A stretch of DNA of 64,000 nt from Octopus sinensis (GCF_006345805.1 NC_043012.1:52886001-52950000), one strand, 5' to 3'. Counted from the stretch's first letter, positions 1 to 14,589 are shown. Translations and numbers: made by a program. Notes: generated from the letters alone by a model not told the origin.

Positions 1-268
1 TGGATTTGGTAGACGGAAACTGAAAGAAGCTTGTTGTATATATGTATATATGTGTGTCTGTGCATCTGTGTTTGTCCCCCCAACATCGCTTGACAACCGA
101 TGCTGGTGTGTTTACATCTTCATAGCATAGCAGTTCAGCAAAAGAGACCGATAGAATAAGTAATAGGCTTACAAAGAATAAGTTCTGGGGTCGACTTGCT
201 CATCTAAAGGCGGTGCTCCAGCATGGCTGCAGTCAAATGACTAAAACAAGTAAAACAATAAAAGAATA
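1..268 (+). mobile_element. SINE family 1 (tRNA-derived CORE-type), 3' part
   Basis: Matches the 3' half of the copy at 814-1240, including the internal TA/TG microsatellite and the ...gcagtcaaatgact..aacaagtaaaa tail. Confidence 0.9.
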
Positions 269-813
269 TAGTCTCAGGCCTTGTGTGTGGATTTGGTCAA
301 TGGAAACTGAAAGAAGCTTGTCCTGTGTGTGCGTGTCTTTGTGCCTATGTTTTAAGTACCAGTATGCAACTGGTACTTAATTAATCAACCCCCGAAAGGA
401 TGAAAAGCGAAGTTGATCTCGGGGAATGTAAAGACAGACAAAATACTGCCAAGCATTTCACACAGTGTGTTAACATTTCTGCCAGCTCGCTGCCTTGAAT
501 TACAAATATATTGGGGCACCAAAATCTTTGAAGTGCTTAGGGCTTCTATGGGCTTTAATCTGGCTTTATTTTTAAGAAATTTACAGCTACACCATGCAGT
601 GTATCCTTTATTTTTTAAAGACAGTTAGGTGTTGCTTGAGTGAAATTAAAAGCCATTTCTAGTAGACCATTAAACCATGCAGACCCATGTTTGATTGTAA
701 TTGATGTTAGTTTCTCAGAATAGAGTTTTCTCAGAGGTCAGTGCCAAGATTATTGATGAGCTTCTGCTACAAAATACTTTGCCATTTATTGAGAGCTGAG
801 AATTTGTAACTGT

Positions 814-975
814 AGGCGTAGGAGTGGCTGTGTGGTAAGTAGCTTGCTTATGAACCACATGGTTCCGGGTTCAGTCCCACTGCGTAGCACCTTGGGCAAG
901 TGTCTTCTACTATAGCCTTGGGTCGACCAAAGCCTTGTGAGTGGATTTGGTAGACGGGAACTGAAAGAAGGAGGT

Positions 976-1034
<59 letters not shown>

Positions 1035-1240
1035 TTGAGTGTCTGGGTTTGTCCCTCCAACATCACTTGAAAACCGATGCTGGTGTGTTTACATCCCCGT
1101 AACTTAGCGATTCAGCAAAAGAAACCGATAGAATAAGTACTAGGCTTACAAAGAATAATTTCTGGGGTCGACTTGCTCGACTAAAGGTGATGCTCCAGCA
1201 TGGCCACAATCAAATGACTGAAACAAGTAAAAGAGTAATA
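814..1240 (+). mobile_element. SINE family 1, full length
   Basis: Head ggcgtaggagtggctgtgtggtaag, B-box-like ggttcagtccc, CORE-like caccttgggcaagtgtctt, internal (TA)n(TG)n, family 3' tail. More than 10 homologous copies in the window. Confidence 0.92.
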
Positions 1241-1560
1241 TAAAACTATGTATTTTGGTTTGTTGGAAATAACAGCCAGGCATCCTTCAAAATACCCTGT
1301 TGTCTTAAATAATGAAGTCAAATAATAAAGATAAAACCCCAGAATAATCCTGGTTACATTTACATTAGCATAGTAATGGTCATCCAAGAAATTACTGTTT
1401 GCTTGTATATAAGTCACACCTTCATTTAGTCTTAAATCTTGGTACAAATTGTTTTACCTTCTATTCAAACTTGCCCTGTGTATAAATCACACCTTCGTTT
1501 TCTCAGTTAAGATCAGAAACAAAATAGTGAGACATCTATACATGAATTAATATGGTTATA

Positions 1561-1772
1561 AGTTAGCGCGCCAGGCGAAATGCTTAGCGGTAATTCATCT
1601 GTCGTTACGTTCTGAGTTCAAATTCCGCCGAGGTCGACTTTGCCTTTCATCCTTTCGGGGTCGATAAATAAAGTACCACTGGGGTTGATGTAATTGATTT
1701 AATCTCTTTGTCTGTCTTTGTTTGTCCCCTCTATGTTTAGCCCCTTGTGGGCAGTAAAGAAATATATAAATA
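1561..1772 (+). mobile_element. SINE family 2, 5'-truncated
   Basis: Homologous to 38454-38686. Confidence 0.85.
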
Positions 1773-2346
1773 TCCAGGTAAAATATGAACAAAAGCAATG
1801 TATTTGATGTTATGGGGGCAAAGAAAGAAATGCTGGATTAGAAAAAAAAACCAAAAAAACAACAACTAGCAGTAAAAGGTAGCAAACGAGGTACCTGCCA
1901 CATTTTCATGGGTCCTTTGCTGAATGTGCTGTAAGTAAAAGTGAAAGCATCTCTTTTGATAACAGGCAACGGGGATTCAGTTGTTTGATTAACTGAACAC
2001 CATATTCCGTGGATTGACAAGTAAGTGGCTGAATATTCCACAGACATATAAAACTTTAATGTAATTCTCAAGTAGAGTGAATATGACGCAGTATGTTACA
2101 AGGTGGTACCTTTAAATTACGGGTACCATCCATCCATCTGGCTTCCTCATAGACCCCCCCCCCACCTAGCATCACTAACAATTTTTGCGTCAACCTGAGG
2201 CTATAGTAAAAGTCAATTACCCAAGATGCCACACAGTGGGATTGAACTTGTGACCTCATAATTGCAAAGTGAACTTATTAACCCTTCAGCCCTGATGCTT
2301 TGTTATTATCACACAATAATGCCTTCCACTCTTATGAATTATTTAA

Positions 2347-2539
2347 TCCTTTTGATACCAACCAGCCAGTGACCATCACTGGTTCTACAATACACAGTTT
2401 CTATTCAAATTTTATGTTCATTTATGTTCTAAATACCAGCTTCATAACGATCAAGTTACTGTACTAAATTCATATTCAAAATTAATTGATAATTGAAACA
2501 AACGTAGTGTATTTCAAGTGGAATGTAGTAACAAAAGGG
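2347..2539. mobile_element. piggyBac-type MITE (same family)
   Basis: TTAA-tccttttgatac ... gtaacaaaaggg-TTAA. Confidence 0.75.
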
Positions 2540-4249
2540 TTAAGGTTTACCCAATACCCAGAATACTTCTGAGGCCCAATGCATTCTAAATTAAATGCTT
2601 GCAAGCTATGAATTCTGATTCAGCACTTGCGCCAAAGCTATAGAACTATACTGCATTCAACTTTTGTGAAATACTATTTGTTTTAGCCTGATTCAATATC
2701 CAGAATACATTTGAGATCCAATGCACTTTAAATTAAGCAAATTACAATAATCAAATTGAATGATAATGGTAAACGAGCAGACTACTGCATTTTTTTTGTG
2801 GGATGCTAATTAATATAGTTGTTGTTCTACTTCTCTATTTCTATGCATTAAGCTTCATCATAACAATAATTCAGCTTTATCATAATTATTCTCTTAAATA
2901 AGATCAGCAGAACAAATCAGATTATTACTAATATGTTATAGACATGGAAATACCAGCCATCCCCATCAATGCAAATCTTCACACAACATGCTATTGTGTA
3001 CAGATTCTACTTTAACCTCAGGCTGTTAAGTAAAACTATAGCACAAGCAATATACAATCACATCTCAACAACAGGACACAAAGACAAATTCACATTATAC
3101 CAGGACTGGATATATCAGGGGAGATTATTTAACTGGTACATCTTTAAGAAATAATGCTGTATATTGGCAATTTTTCATAATGTAACATTTAAGCTATTCT
3201 GGGGCTTTGGTTGAAAAGGAAATCACGATCTATAGAAGTAGGGTCTGTGTATTCAAATTTGCCACATAATTTATTATATCTAAGCTTCTGTCTTCCAGGG
3301 TTAATCTGCTATAAAGACAGGCTTCTCAATCTAGAAAAGCAAACACTAGAAAGGCATTAATGCCTGATAAACTATATTGTGACATATCTATATATTAGTA
3401 ACAGAGGCAGTATGAATAATGTTTATCCTCACTTAAATGGGGGTGTTCTGTTAGAACAAACTTTACTGTGGTAGATACTATGAAAAAAATCTCTCACATT
3501 GGCTTCTGATGCAAAATGCACACTTGTTTATATTGTTAGTAGTGGGGGAGATAAATCCCCTCCATATCCAGTACTGAGACCACCAGATCACATGATTTTG
3601 ACCTTCCTTTGTCTTGTCAATGATGGACACTTGATCACTAGAAACAGCAGTGATTCATCTTACCACCAGCCATATATAGAAAACCAGAACAGGCACTGGT
3701 GTCACTACTAGCCAGTGAACTTGTTAAAATATATATTATAGTGACAGAAATATATATTAGTGACAGTATTAATACCAAGAAGTGATATTTATTTCCACTG
3801 AAATGTGGATGGCCTGAGGATGAATATTAAACATGGATGTTAAGTGAGAATTTCTCTTATGACATCAGTAAAGGTTTGTTCTAACAGTACAACCATGTTT
3901 AAGTGTGGATGAATATTACCTCTTTGTAACATATCTACATTCAATTTATAATCTAATAGATCTAGTAGAGTTTAAACAAAAGACAGGTATGGGCAGTGAG
4001 GTGAAGAAGTATGTATCCCAGCCACATGGTTTTAGTTTCAGTCCCATGTTGGAGATAGAATGCCAAAGGTAAGATTAAGATTGGCACTTCATGGGAAGTG
4101 AAAGCCTGGATGGCCAGTAACATGTGGCACAGAACAGGCGAAGATGAGCTGAATGAAGCATATCTTACATAGAGCAAGGCACAGAGAATTCCAAAAGACC
4201 AATCTGAATGGTGTTGGATCATCCATGTCTAATTTCTCAGTAGGGAAGG

Positions 4250-4665
4250 AGGTGATTCTACCACAATGCCTAGTTCTTGTGGTTTGGTCGCTTGTATGCC
4301 TCAAAGACCCTGAGACTATGCCAGTGGAGCACAAGCTCTCAGTAGAGCCTCCTATGCTAGACAGGTCAAATGGCAGGTACTAGTCTAATAGAGACCACCA
4401 AATCCCAGAAGTAAAATTGGGTTTGTGTAGGGGTCAACAAGTCTACCTAGAAGAAGACAAGTTACAAAAACATAGACAACAATTCAAAACTAACAAAGCC
4501 GTCTCTTAAGAAAACATGACATGGCATAGCAAAATTTGAAAGGAAGCTTCATGGAAAAGTATGGATCCAACTTGAGAGAGAAGTAGAAATGGCCCAGAGT
4601 CAAGGAGAGTGGGTAAAAGTCATCATTGGCTTATAGTTCATAGGGAATGAAGGGCATAAGAAAAG
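4250..4665 (+). mobile_element. Decayed RTE LINE derivative: 5' UTR-like segment joined to an RT C-terminus/3' end
   Basis: ggtcgcttgtatgcctc..gaccctgagactatgcc resembles RTE 5' UTRs. The 3' part reads AQSQGEWVKVIIGL*FIGNEGHK, like RTE C-termini. Confidence 0.55.
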
Positions 4666-5646
4666 TCTAGGGAAGGGAGAAATTACAAATTAAATGATAT
4701 AAACCAACAAAGACAAAACAAAAACAATGTATCGTCGATTTGAAGAATAAAATCTAGGTAAATTCAGCAATATATATTTCTTTACTGCCCACAAGGGGCT
4801 AAACATAGAGGGGACAAACAAGGACAGACAAAGAGAGTAAGTCGATTACATCGACCCCAGTGCGAAACTGGTACTGTATTTATCAACTCCAGAAGGATGA
4901 AAGGCAAAGTTGACCTTCAGCATTATAATCCTCTACCAGGTTTATGAATTTGCAATTTTAGCCATTCGCCTGCAAAATAACAACTAATGCTTCTGGAAAG
5001 GCTATGACCATTACAGATCTTGATATTTTCCCCTCCATCTAAGAAATATAAATGTGTGTGTATGGTGGGGGTATGAACGAGGCTGTGTCTGTAAATGTGT
5101 GATGCAGATGTGTGAATATCGTGTGTGTGTGTGTGTGTGTAAGAAATCAACATTAAGCTGAAAGCTAGAGTCATAAATCTAAACTCCAATATCTTCAAAC
5201 TTTTTCCAGTGATCCCTGCCCATCACCATACACCTTCGTACAACCAACAGAGAAATAAAGAAGGTAGGAAGGAAGGAAGGAAAGGAGGAAGGAAGGTAGT
5301 AATAATGCACTTAGAGAATTGTACTAACCCAAACTACAGCATGATGAGACAAGAGAATGTAACATGATGTATGTGATATTGTAATATATTTTTTTTTTTT
5401 GAGAGAAAGGAAGAAAAATGGAGAGAGACAGAAAACAATACACAGAAAAAAAAAACAGAGAGAAAAGTGACATACAGAGAGAGAGAGAGAGAGAGAGAGA
5501 GGGAAGACAGGGATGGAGAGAAAGAGAAACTTGCCAATCAACTAATCAGAACAGGCAGTAAAGTATGACAGCCAGTGAGCAATTGAGTACTTTGCCTGGA
5601 TTGCAGATAACAAGGAAGGAGAGAGAGAGAGAGAGGGAGAGACAGG

Positions 5647-5682
<36 letters not shown>

Positions 5683-6176
5683 CAGACAGACAGACAGACA
5701 GAGAAACAAAGATGATGGAATACTGATTCATCATCATATGAAGGGGCTGGGGGTGATATTGCTGTGTCCAGTCACTGGAGATAAATTTACAAGGATTGCT
5801 ATTAGTGTCCACTATCAAACTGCTGCCCTCACTGGCACAATTCATTTTTTTTGTTTTTTTATTTTCCTTTCTCCTTCCACTTTCTCAGGGATTTTGTCAC
5901 CAGTTGACATTACAGCAGACCTGCCAGGGCTGCACTCTAAAATTACTATCATATTTATGGAACATCCATCATGTCTAAATGATAACAACCTCTTTTTGCT
6001 TGTTTCACTGTAATAGATACACAGGAACATAAATATAAATGTATGTTATGCATGTATGTGTACACCCACCCACACACACACGTATATTTATACATATATA
6101 CATATAAATACACACACTCTACACACACACATACATATACATGTGTATGTATATATATATATATAATATATATATA

Positions 6177-6207
<31 letters not shown>

Positions 6208-6536
6208 GTTCCACCCATGCTAGCATGGAAGACAGACCTTAAATGATGATGATGATGGTGATAATGATACACACACATACATATATTTATATATATATAT
6301 GTATGCATGCATATATGCATGTATGTACAGGCCTATATATATATATATATATCTTAATAAAAATATACATATGCTCACTCTTTTAGTTCCGCTTTTGCTG
6401 GTTGCATCACCTTAACTATATATATATATATATATCATCATCGTTTAACATCCGCTTTCCATGCTAGCATGGCTTGGATAATTTGACTGAGGTCTGGCGA
6501 ACCAGATGGGTGCACTAGGCTCCAATCTGATCTGGC

Positions 6537-6592
<56 letters not shown>

Positions 6593-8344
6593 CACATACA
6601 CATATACATATCAACTATATGGATCTGCAGTGGTTTCAGTGGTAAGTAATCAATTGTTCAGTTAAGTGAACTATACACTCACATTGGCTCAGCATACAAT
6701 CAGATGAGTATTTCTGGGCCAGGTCTACTGTCTGTGCAGTCTTACAACAGAATCAATATGACAATGTGTGTAACAATGTTGGACCATTTATCTAATGAGC
6801 ACCATTTATCCTCTGGGCTTCCACACATGTTCTTGCAACCTATTTTCATTTACAGGACTCAAGTTAATTGGAGGCTAGAACAACAACAAAAAAAAAAGCT
6901 TCCAAGTGATGTCACATGCTGGGATTGAACCTGGAGTTTCATGACTGTAAAGTAAACTTTTTAAAAACTTTTTAACCATGATGGCTGAATATGCATGCAC
7001 ATACACACAAATGTGGATATACAAAATTTGAATCTATCAATGGAGGCCTTTATAGAGATAACATACTTTGGATCCAGAACCCCATGCACTAATCCAGAAA
7101 AGAAAAGTAAAAAGATAAAAAGAAAGCCTCATTTCTTTATTGAAACAATTCAATTTACTTCTATGGAATAGACTTTGCAGATGTCAACTGAAGCGTTACC
7201 AACTTGCTTTACAAAGAAATCAAGGGAAGCTTCAGATGGTACAAATCCTTAATCCAACACACAATCCACCAACCAACCAACCAACCAACCAGCCAATCAT
7301 TATTAAAAATGACCCCAGTAACACTTTTAGATTCATCCAATTCTGCTTCAACTAAAGAAAATAATAATAATAATAATAATTATTATAATCATAATACTAA
7401 ACATCCACATCTACAACATGTTTTACAATGCTATAGTTTAAAAGATAAAAATACATACATTAAAATTGACAATAATTCTAAATGCTTCTAAACATAACAT
7501 ATATGAAAAGCATCTGGTATGACTCACCTTTAACCTACAGGTAGCTACACCAATGGCCCTAACCTACCTAAACTTAGTTAGAAAAACCACTTCCCTACAC
7601 AACGTTAGTCTTATTCCACATTTCCCAACTTTTACCACTGTTCTAATAATTTTTGACAGAATCTTCCACTCAGTATAGACATATCAGCCTCTGCATCCTA
7701 GTTTTCAGCTTTTTGCCAGGGTGTGTAACAGATCTGATGAGCTAGCTTTCTTTATAAACATTAATTTGTGAATAAACAATTGTATTGTATAACACTGAAT
7801 ACACATTAATACAAACATGCAAGCATAATTCCTTGCATACTGATATTAACACAACACGAAGAAAGCTGCAAAACAGCCGTAATCCTATGGAAGTCACACG
7901 GTTAAACAAATCTGTATTCATCATTTAATCATCCTGATTTCATGTTATTATATATTCTCACAGAATACTTTTATCACTTGGATTTATATAATCCTATGTA
8001 GACTGATAGTCAAGTCCATGATGATTACTGCATGATTCTTTGAAACCTAATAGTATACAACTCAATTATATATATATATATATATATATAATGATAATAA
8101 TAATAATATTAGGGTGTATAACTCCAAACTTACAAGGAAAAATTCAATTTAGTATTAAATCAAATTTCACAATATGAATATATAAAATACAAATTAGAGA
8201 TAAAACCACTATAATGCAACTCACACATTGATAGACATAAACCAAAACATAAATAACAAATAAAAATATATTTTTATAAATTGGTTTATGTCTATCAATG
8301 TTTGAGTTGCATAGTAGTGGTTTTATCTCTAATTTATATTTTAT

Positions 8345-8417
<73 letters not shown>

Positions 8418-8431
8418 ATCCAAACATAAAC

Positions 8432-8620
8432 AAAGAGAAAACGCAACAATGCGAGGACGTGGAACAAGTATAGTGTTATTGGACACTCAGGAAAGGAAAG
8501 AAGAGGATTTTAATGTTTTGAGCAGAGCTCTTCGTCAGAAACATAGAAAAAGGAAAGGTCCAAGGACGGGAAGATGGAGAAAGAAAATTGCCAACGATAC
8601 ACACGTGGTCACATATTGAA
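8432..8620 (-). mobile_element. Short repeat with a decayed Penelope-type hammerhead core
   Basis: Minus strand 8508-8545 reads CTGACGA-A-GAGC-TCT-GCTC-AAAAC-ATT. Flanked by TA microsatellites. Confidence 0.55.
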
Positions 8621-8647
8621 ATATATCTATACATATATCTATCTATC

Positions 8648-8680
<33 letters not shown>

Positions 8681-9399
8681 ATATATATATATATAGTATA
8701 TATATATGTATATATATGTGTGTATATATATATATACACATTTACATATATACGTATAGTGGCTACATTTTCGTATATGAGCAAAGCCATTGCTAGAAAG
8801 AATCACTGAAATGAGTCATCGATAATGCAGTGTAAGGCCCTTATATAACTCTTGAGCCAGCCAAAAGATTTGCACATTTTAGTGCATACATACATACATA
8901 TGCACACATATCAGTATCTAACCAACCACATGATCTCTCTAGAATGACCACTTTGTATCATTATTTTTATATCACTGCCTTCAAAATAAAATTTGAAAAG
9001 AGATAAAAAAATAAGAACGAAATTCTGTAGAACAGGCATCATCGTGGACGCCAATTCGATATATAAACGACAATTGTACCAAGACAGATCATTCATATCC
9101 AATTGTTCTTTTCAGTTGCACAATTAGGATATGTTTTTCTATTCTTTTCCTTTTAGTAAGAGGGTTTGATTCATGGTATTTTTTACCTTGTCTGACAATT
9201 CACATGATTTTCTACCCATGTTAGATTTGTAATGTTTCATTACAGTTCTTTTACAGTTGAGTAGATGGTAGCAGACAGCATATGTAGGTGTAAAGTATGG
9301 TCTAATTAAATAAGAAGTTTCACAGAGAAGTCTTATGCCATTTAAGTTTTATTGCCTTTACATCACGGAGACATTGCCATGGTGTAAAAGTTTTTAGGT

Positions 9400-9874
9400 G
9401 ACACCGTGTGTATTTGTATGTATGTATGTATGTGTGCATGTATGTATCTATGTACATGTATGTGCATATATGTTATGTGTGTGTATGTATGTGTGTGTGT
9501 GTGTGTGTGTGAGTGTTTGTATGTGTGTGTGTGTGTATATGTGTATATATATGTATATATATGTATATATATATACATATATATACATATACACACACAC
9601 ATACATATTTATATGTATACACAGACATACATGTACACTTACACACACATGTATGTAAATATAACTATATATGTGAATGTGATTGTGTATGTATACATAC
9701 ATATATATATATATATACATACAGATGTATATATATATACACACACACACACACAATTATGTATAAATGCATACTATGTTTGTGTGTGTGTGTATATATA
9801 TATGCGTATATATACACATATACATATATAGATATATATATATATGTATATATATATATATGTATATATATATA

Positions 9875-9906
<32 letters not shown>

Positions 9907-10193
9907 CATACATATATACATATATACATATATATATATATACATACATATATATATATATACATACATATATATATATATACATACAGATGTATATATA
10001 TATACACATACATATATATATATACACATACATATATACATATATATAACATATATACATATACATATATATACATATCATATATATATACATATACATA
10101 TATATATACATATACATATATATATACATATATATACATATATACATATACATATATATATACATATACATATATATACATATACATATATAT

Positions 10194-10228
<35 letters not shown>

Positions 10229-10785
10229 TATATATACATATATACATACATATACATATACATATACATATATATATATACATATATACATATACATATA
10301 TATATACATATACATATATATATACATATATATATACATATACATATATATATACATATATATTACATATATATACATATACATAATATATACATATATA
10401 TATACATATACATATATATATATATACATAATATATATACATATACATATAGATAAACATATATATATATATACATATATATATACATATACATATAGAT
10501 AAACATATATATATATATACATATACATATATACATATACATATATATATACTATACATATATATATACATATATATACATATACATATATACATATACT
10601 ATACATATATATATACATATACATATATACATATATATATATACAGATATATATACATATACATATACATATATACATTATACATATATAAATATATATA
10701 TATATAATATACATATATATATATACATATATACATACATATATACATATATAAATATATATATATACATATACATATATATATA

Positions 10786-10842
<57 letters not shown>

Positions 10843-10843
10843 T

Positions 10844-10885
<42 letters not shown>
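9400..10885. repeat. ~1.5-kb compound TG/TA/TACATA microsatellite
   Basis: Directly visible. Source of the 200-430 aa I/Y/H/T ORFs. Confidence 0.97.
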
Positions 10886-10886
<1 letters not shown>

Positions 10887-11708
10887 GTGTGTGTATGGCT
10901 GTATGTATCTAATATATACTCATTACGTGTGTAGATGTGTAGATGGATATAGAACAAGAGCGAAAAAGCCAGTCCTGTTTCTGCTGTAGATTTATTAACA
11001 CAATGTGTATTTTTAGAGTTACTTCACCTTCAGTTCACAACTGGTCTCAATAAACAAATTGGATTAAACATACAAGTGTTTACTATGATTGAAAACTTTG
11101 TCTGGTGCTAGCAATATTCCTTTGCAAATCTCTACCAGCCACTGTCATCATCGTCATCGTCATCATAATCATTACAACTGTTATTAACAGAATCATTATT
11201 ATTTACCATACTTATCAATGCCAAGTTTAAGAAACTACAATTTCAAATCTCTGAACGTTACATAGATAGAAGAAATTGGTTGTTTGCTCGAAGCATTGTG
11301 GTACAAGAAAGACACAGAGCTTCTTTCAATGCGAAAAGAAAATTAATAATTTATAAATTTCTTATGTATTTTGGGTGGATCACCCATCTACAGAATGAAT
11401 GGAAGTTAACAAATTATTAGAAACCAGACAACTCTCATTTCTTCACATTGTAAGAAGTTCTCTGCATAATTTCTTTATTGTTACATAGATTACACTGAAT
11501 AAGTGTTTAGTTTTTATGCATTTATCATGAGTTTCATGTTTATTTCTATTTCTATTTTTAATTAATTTGTCAGATAAAAAGGAGCAGTGTTCATAACCTA
11601 TGAACGACCATCCATTCTGGTTGGATTTTATGCAGTTTGAACATATCAAGTTAGGTGCCTTTCATAAAAAATATGGGTAGCTCTTGAGAGAAAAAATAAA
11701 TATAAAAA

Positions 11709-12107
11709 TAACTAGCAGTATCGCTCGGCGTTGCTCGGGTTTGTTTCGACCCTTTAGAATTGGAATTTTTGAAAAGTAAAAATTTTGCTTTATGTAGTTT
11801 GTTATTCTCTTTAAGTAAACATTTTTCTGGTTGATATACACCGAAAAATGGCGACACAGCAGTCGTAAAATCGTAAAAAATAGGGATTTTCATAGAAAAC
11901 AAGCACTGTTTTGATGTAAATAATTTTTGGTATTAACATGGTCCGATTTGAATTTTATCTCCTACGGAATGAAGAGCAAGCCTTCTTCTATCATAATCTC
12001 AATTTTGGTCAACTTGCGCAGCAGGGCCTCGGAGGAGATAGTGTTAGTTGAAGGCTACCAAACTTGCCATACACAGACAACTTCAGCTTTATATATATAT
12101 ATAGAGA
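11709..12107 (+). mobile_element. Non-autonomous Helitron/Helentron-like (Lep1-like) element
   Basis: Starts aactag followed by GC-rich gctcggcgttgctcggg; ends acagacaacttcagctttatatata in a TA run. Architecture typical of Lep1/HINE elements. Confidence 0.55.
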
Positions 12108-13214
12108 TAAAAAAATAAAACAAAAAGAACGACAGTACAGGGTCTTGAGTGTGTGATGGTCTAAGGATGATATGATGAAATGAGCTGGGTTCACTAAATA
12201 GTCTAGCACATTCTCTTATAAGTCCTTATACCTTACCAATCAAGTAACGTCTTATTAATTTTCATCATTTCACTAGTGATCAGGGTGTTGCAGTCACAAT
12301 CACTAGATTGTGGGTTTCATTCCCAGACAGGGTGGCATGTTGCATTCTTGGGCAAATCACTTCATTTCATGTTGTTCTAGAGCTGTGTGGAGACCAAAAT
12401 GTCAAAGAATACATCCAACACTTCCTCTGCATGTTGAAAAAAAAGTGACTAAACGCGATTAAGCTCGGATTTGCACTCCCGCCTCATAAAACCCTCACCA
12501 GCAATGACTACCAAAACAGACCCTTGGGTTGAAGTGTTACTACCTGAGTAGTTCAATGGTGTTACCTATCAAGAGTAGGATGGAATCACCAACACATGGT
12601 GGATACAGCAATATGCTATTACAACATGTGTCTACAACTACTACTAGTACTACAACTGCTACTGCTACTACTACTACAACTGCTACTACTACTATTACTG
12701 CTACCACTCTTGTCCACTCCTGTAAGAAGTGTTTCCACTTTAATAGTTTCATTCTTCAAACTGTTGTCTGTCTCTTCTTGTATCCTAGATATATATGATC
12801 CTCATTCATTTAAGTTTTCTCTTAATAACTTTATGATTCTTGGGGGATATTATCATTAGATTTTTTAAAATTATTTTTGCTTTCTTCTTTCCTTTCATAA
12901 CTCCCAACATATTACCAGACTGACAGGGCTTGCATAAATTATGTACAATTATTTCTTCTTTGACAAATTTTCAAAAACAAAAATAACAAAAACAAAAAAA
13001 AAAAAAATGAATGTATCTGATGAATGTCAGCGCAAGTCCTTTACTTCTCAGAAGTATAGCATGTAGGTAAGTCAGCTGTACAGCTGCTTATATTAACAAG
13101 CATTGCATCAACTCTTTAGCATTTGGATTTCTCTGTTAAATGTAAAACTTATGTATTCCCACCGATTTGGATTAGTCATGCATTCTCCTGTAGCTTTGAG
13201 ATTCCAATGACATA

Positions 13215-13620
13215 CTCTTTTTACTCCTTCACTTGTTTCAGTCATTTGACTGTGGCCATGCTGGAGCACCGCCTTTAGTCGAGCAAATCGACCCCAGGAC
13301 TTATTCTTTGTAAGCCTAGTACATATTTTATCAGTCCCTTTTGCCGAACCGCTAAGTTACGGAGACGTAAACACACCAGCATCGGTTGTCAAGCGATGTT
13401 GGGAGAACAAACACAGACAAACAAACATATACACACACATACACCTATACATACATATAAACGACGGGCTTCTTCCAGTTTCTGTCTACCAAATCCACTC
13501 ACAAAGCTTTGGTCGGCCCGAGGTTATAGTAGAATACACTTGCCCAAGGTGCCATGCAGTGGGACTGAACCCAGAAACATGTGGTTGGTAAGCAGGCTAC
13601 TTACCACACAGCCACTCCTA
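13215..13620 (-). mobile_element. SINE family 1, full length
   Basis: Reverse complement of the 814-1240 sequence. Confidence 0.9.
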
Positions 13621-13883
13621 TTTTTAGAATAATATTGTAGGGTAAGAGTGAAAGGCCAGATCTGGCCAGTTTGAAGATAAAACAGGTGGACTGTTTTTGA
13701 CTGGATACAGCTGGTCTAAATACTAAAGGGTTAAAGCATGGTTGGATGGTTCAGAAGCTTGCTTCACAACTTCAATGTTTAGACTTCAGTCCCATCTCAT
13801 GACAACTTGGGAAAAGGTGTCTTGGGACTGACAAAGCCCTCTGAGAGAAAAGAAGCAAATAGAAACTTCCAAACTTTAGCATG

Positions 13884-14271
13884 AGGTCAGCAATTTTGGG
13901 GGAGGGGTTAAGTTGACGACCTCAAACCCAGTGCTCAACTGGTCCTTATTTTATTGACCCTAAAAGGATGAAAGATAAAGTCGATCACACCAGAATTTGA
14001 ACGTGGCAACATAAAGACAGATGATGTTAGCTCACCGCCTTAATAGTAATAATCCTTTCTACTAAAGGAACAAAGTCTGAAATTTGGAGGGAGGGGACCA
14101 GTCGATTACATCAACCCCAGTGTTTCACTGGTACTTAATTTATCAAACCCGAAAGGATAAAAGACAACGCCAACCACAGTGGAATTTGAACTCAGAACAT
14201 AGCGACAGGTGAAATATCACTAAGCAGTTTTAATTAGCCTGCTATTGGTTCTGCCAGCTCATCGTCTTGCC

Positions 14272-14272
<1 letters not shown>
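13884..14272 (-). mobile_element. Two tandem SINE family 2 copies (ATT-tailed variant)
   Basis: Repeated gtcgattac..ccccagt / gaatttgaac / gccagctc segments separated by (AAT)n. Further copies at about 4778-4920, 14895-15110, 17866-18056 and 46462-46585. Confidence 0.8.
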
Positions 14273-14303
<31 letters not shown>

Positions 14304-14375
14304 TACAGAAGATCATACTTATTGATGCTTCATATATTCTACACAAACACATCCTCTCAATGCAACCTTACTCAC

Positions 14376-14430
14376 TGTGTTTTTCTCTTCTCTCACAAAC
14401 ATCAAAATTTTCAAATGCATGGCACCTCAC
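14376..14430 (-). CDS. Candidate 55-nt exon VRCHAFENFDVCERREKH
   Basis: Acceptor ...ttctaacag| and donor CACA|gtgagt. Only the phase-0 frame is open, compatible with the 20574 donor. Confidence 0.38.
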
Positions 14431-14589
14431 CTGTTAGAATCTTTAAATGCAAAACCATGTCATCCTTTGACATCACTGGTTGAGACTTTGGTGAAACTCA
14501 TGTAAATTAAAGCAAAACTAGATCATAAAATTTCGTTTTTGGATTTGGTTTGCAGTATTCTTTATATGAGTTCGTGTGTTGAAGCATAT

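Noticed and set aside
9363-10957. Long ORFs up to 430 aa rich in I/Y/H/T/M
   Set aside because: They are translations of TA/TACA microsatellites, which lack stop codons in several frames.
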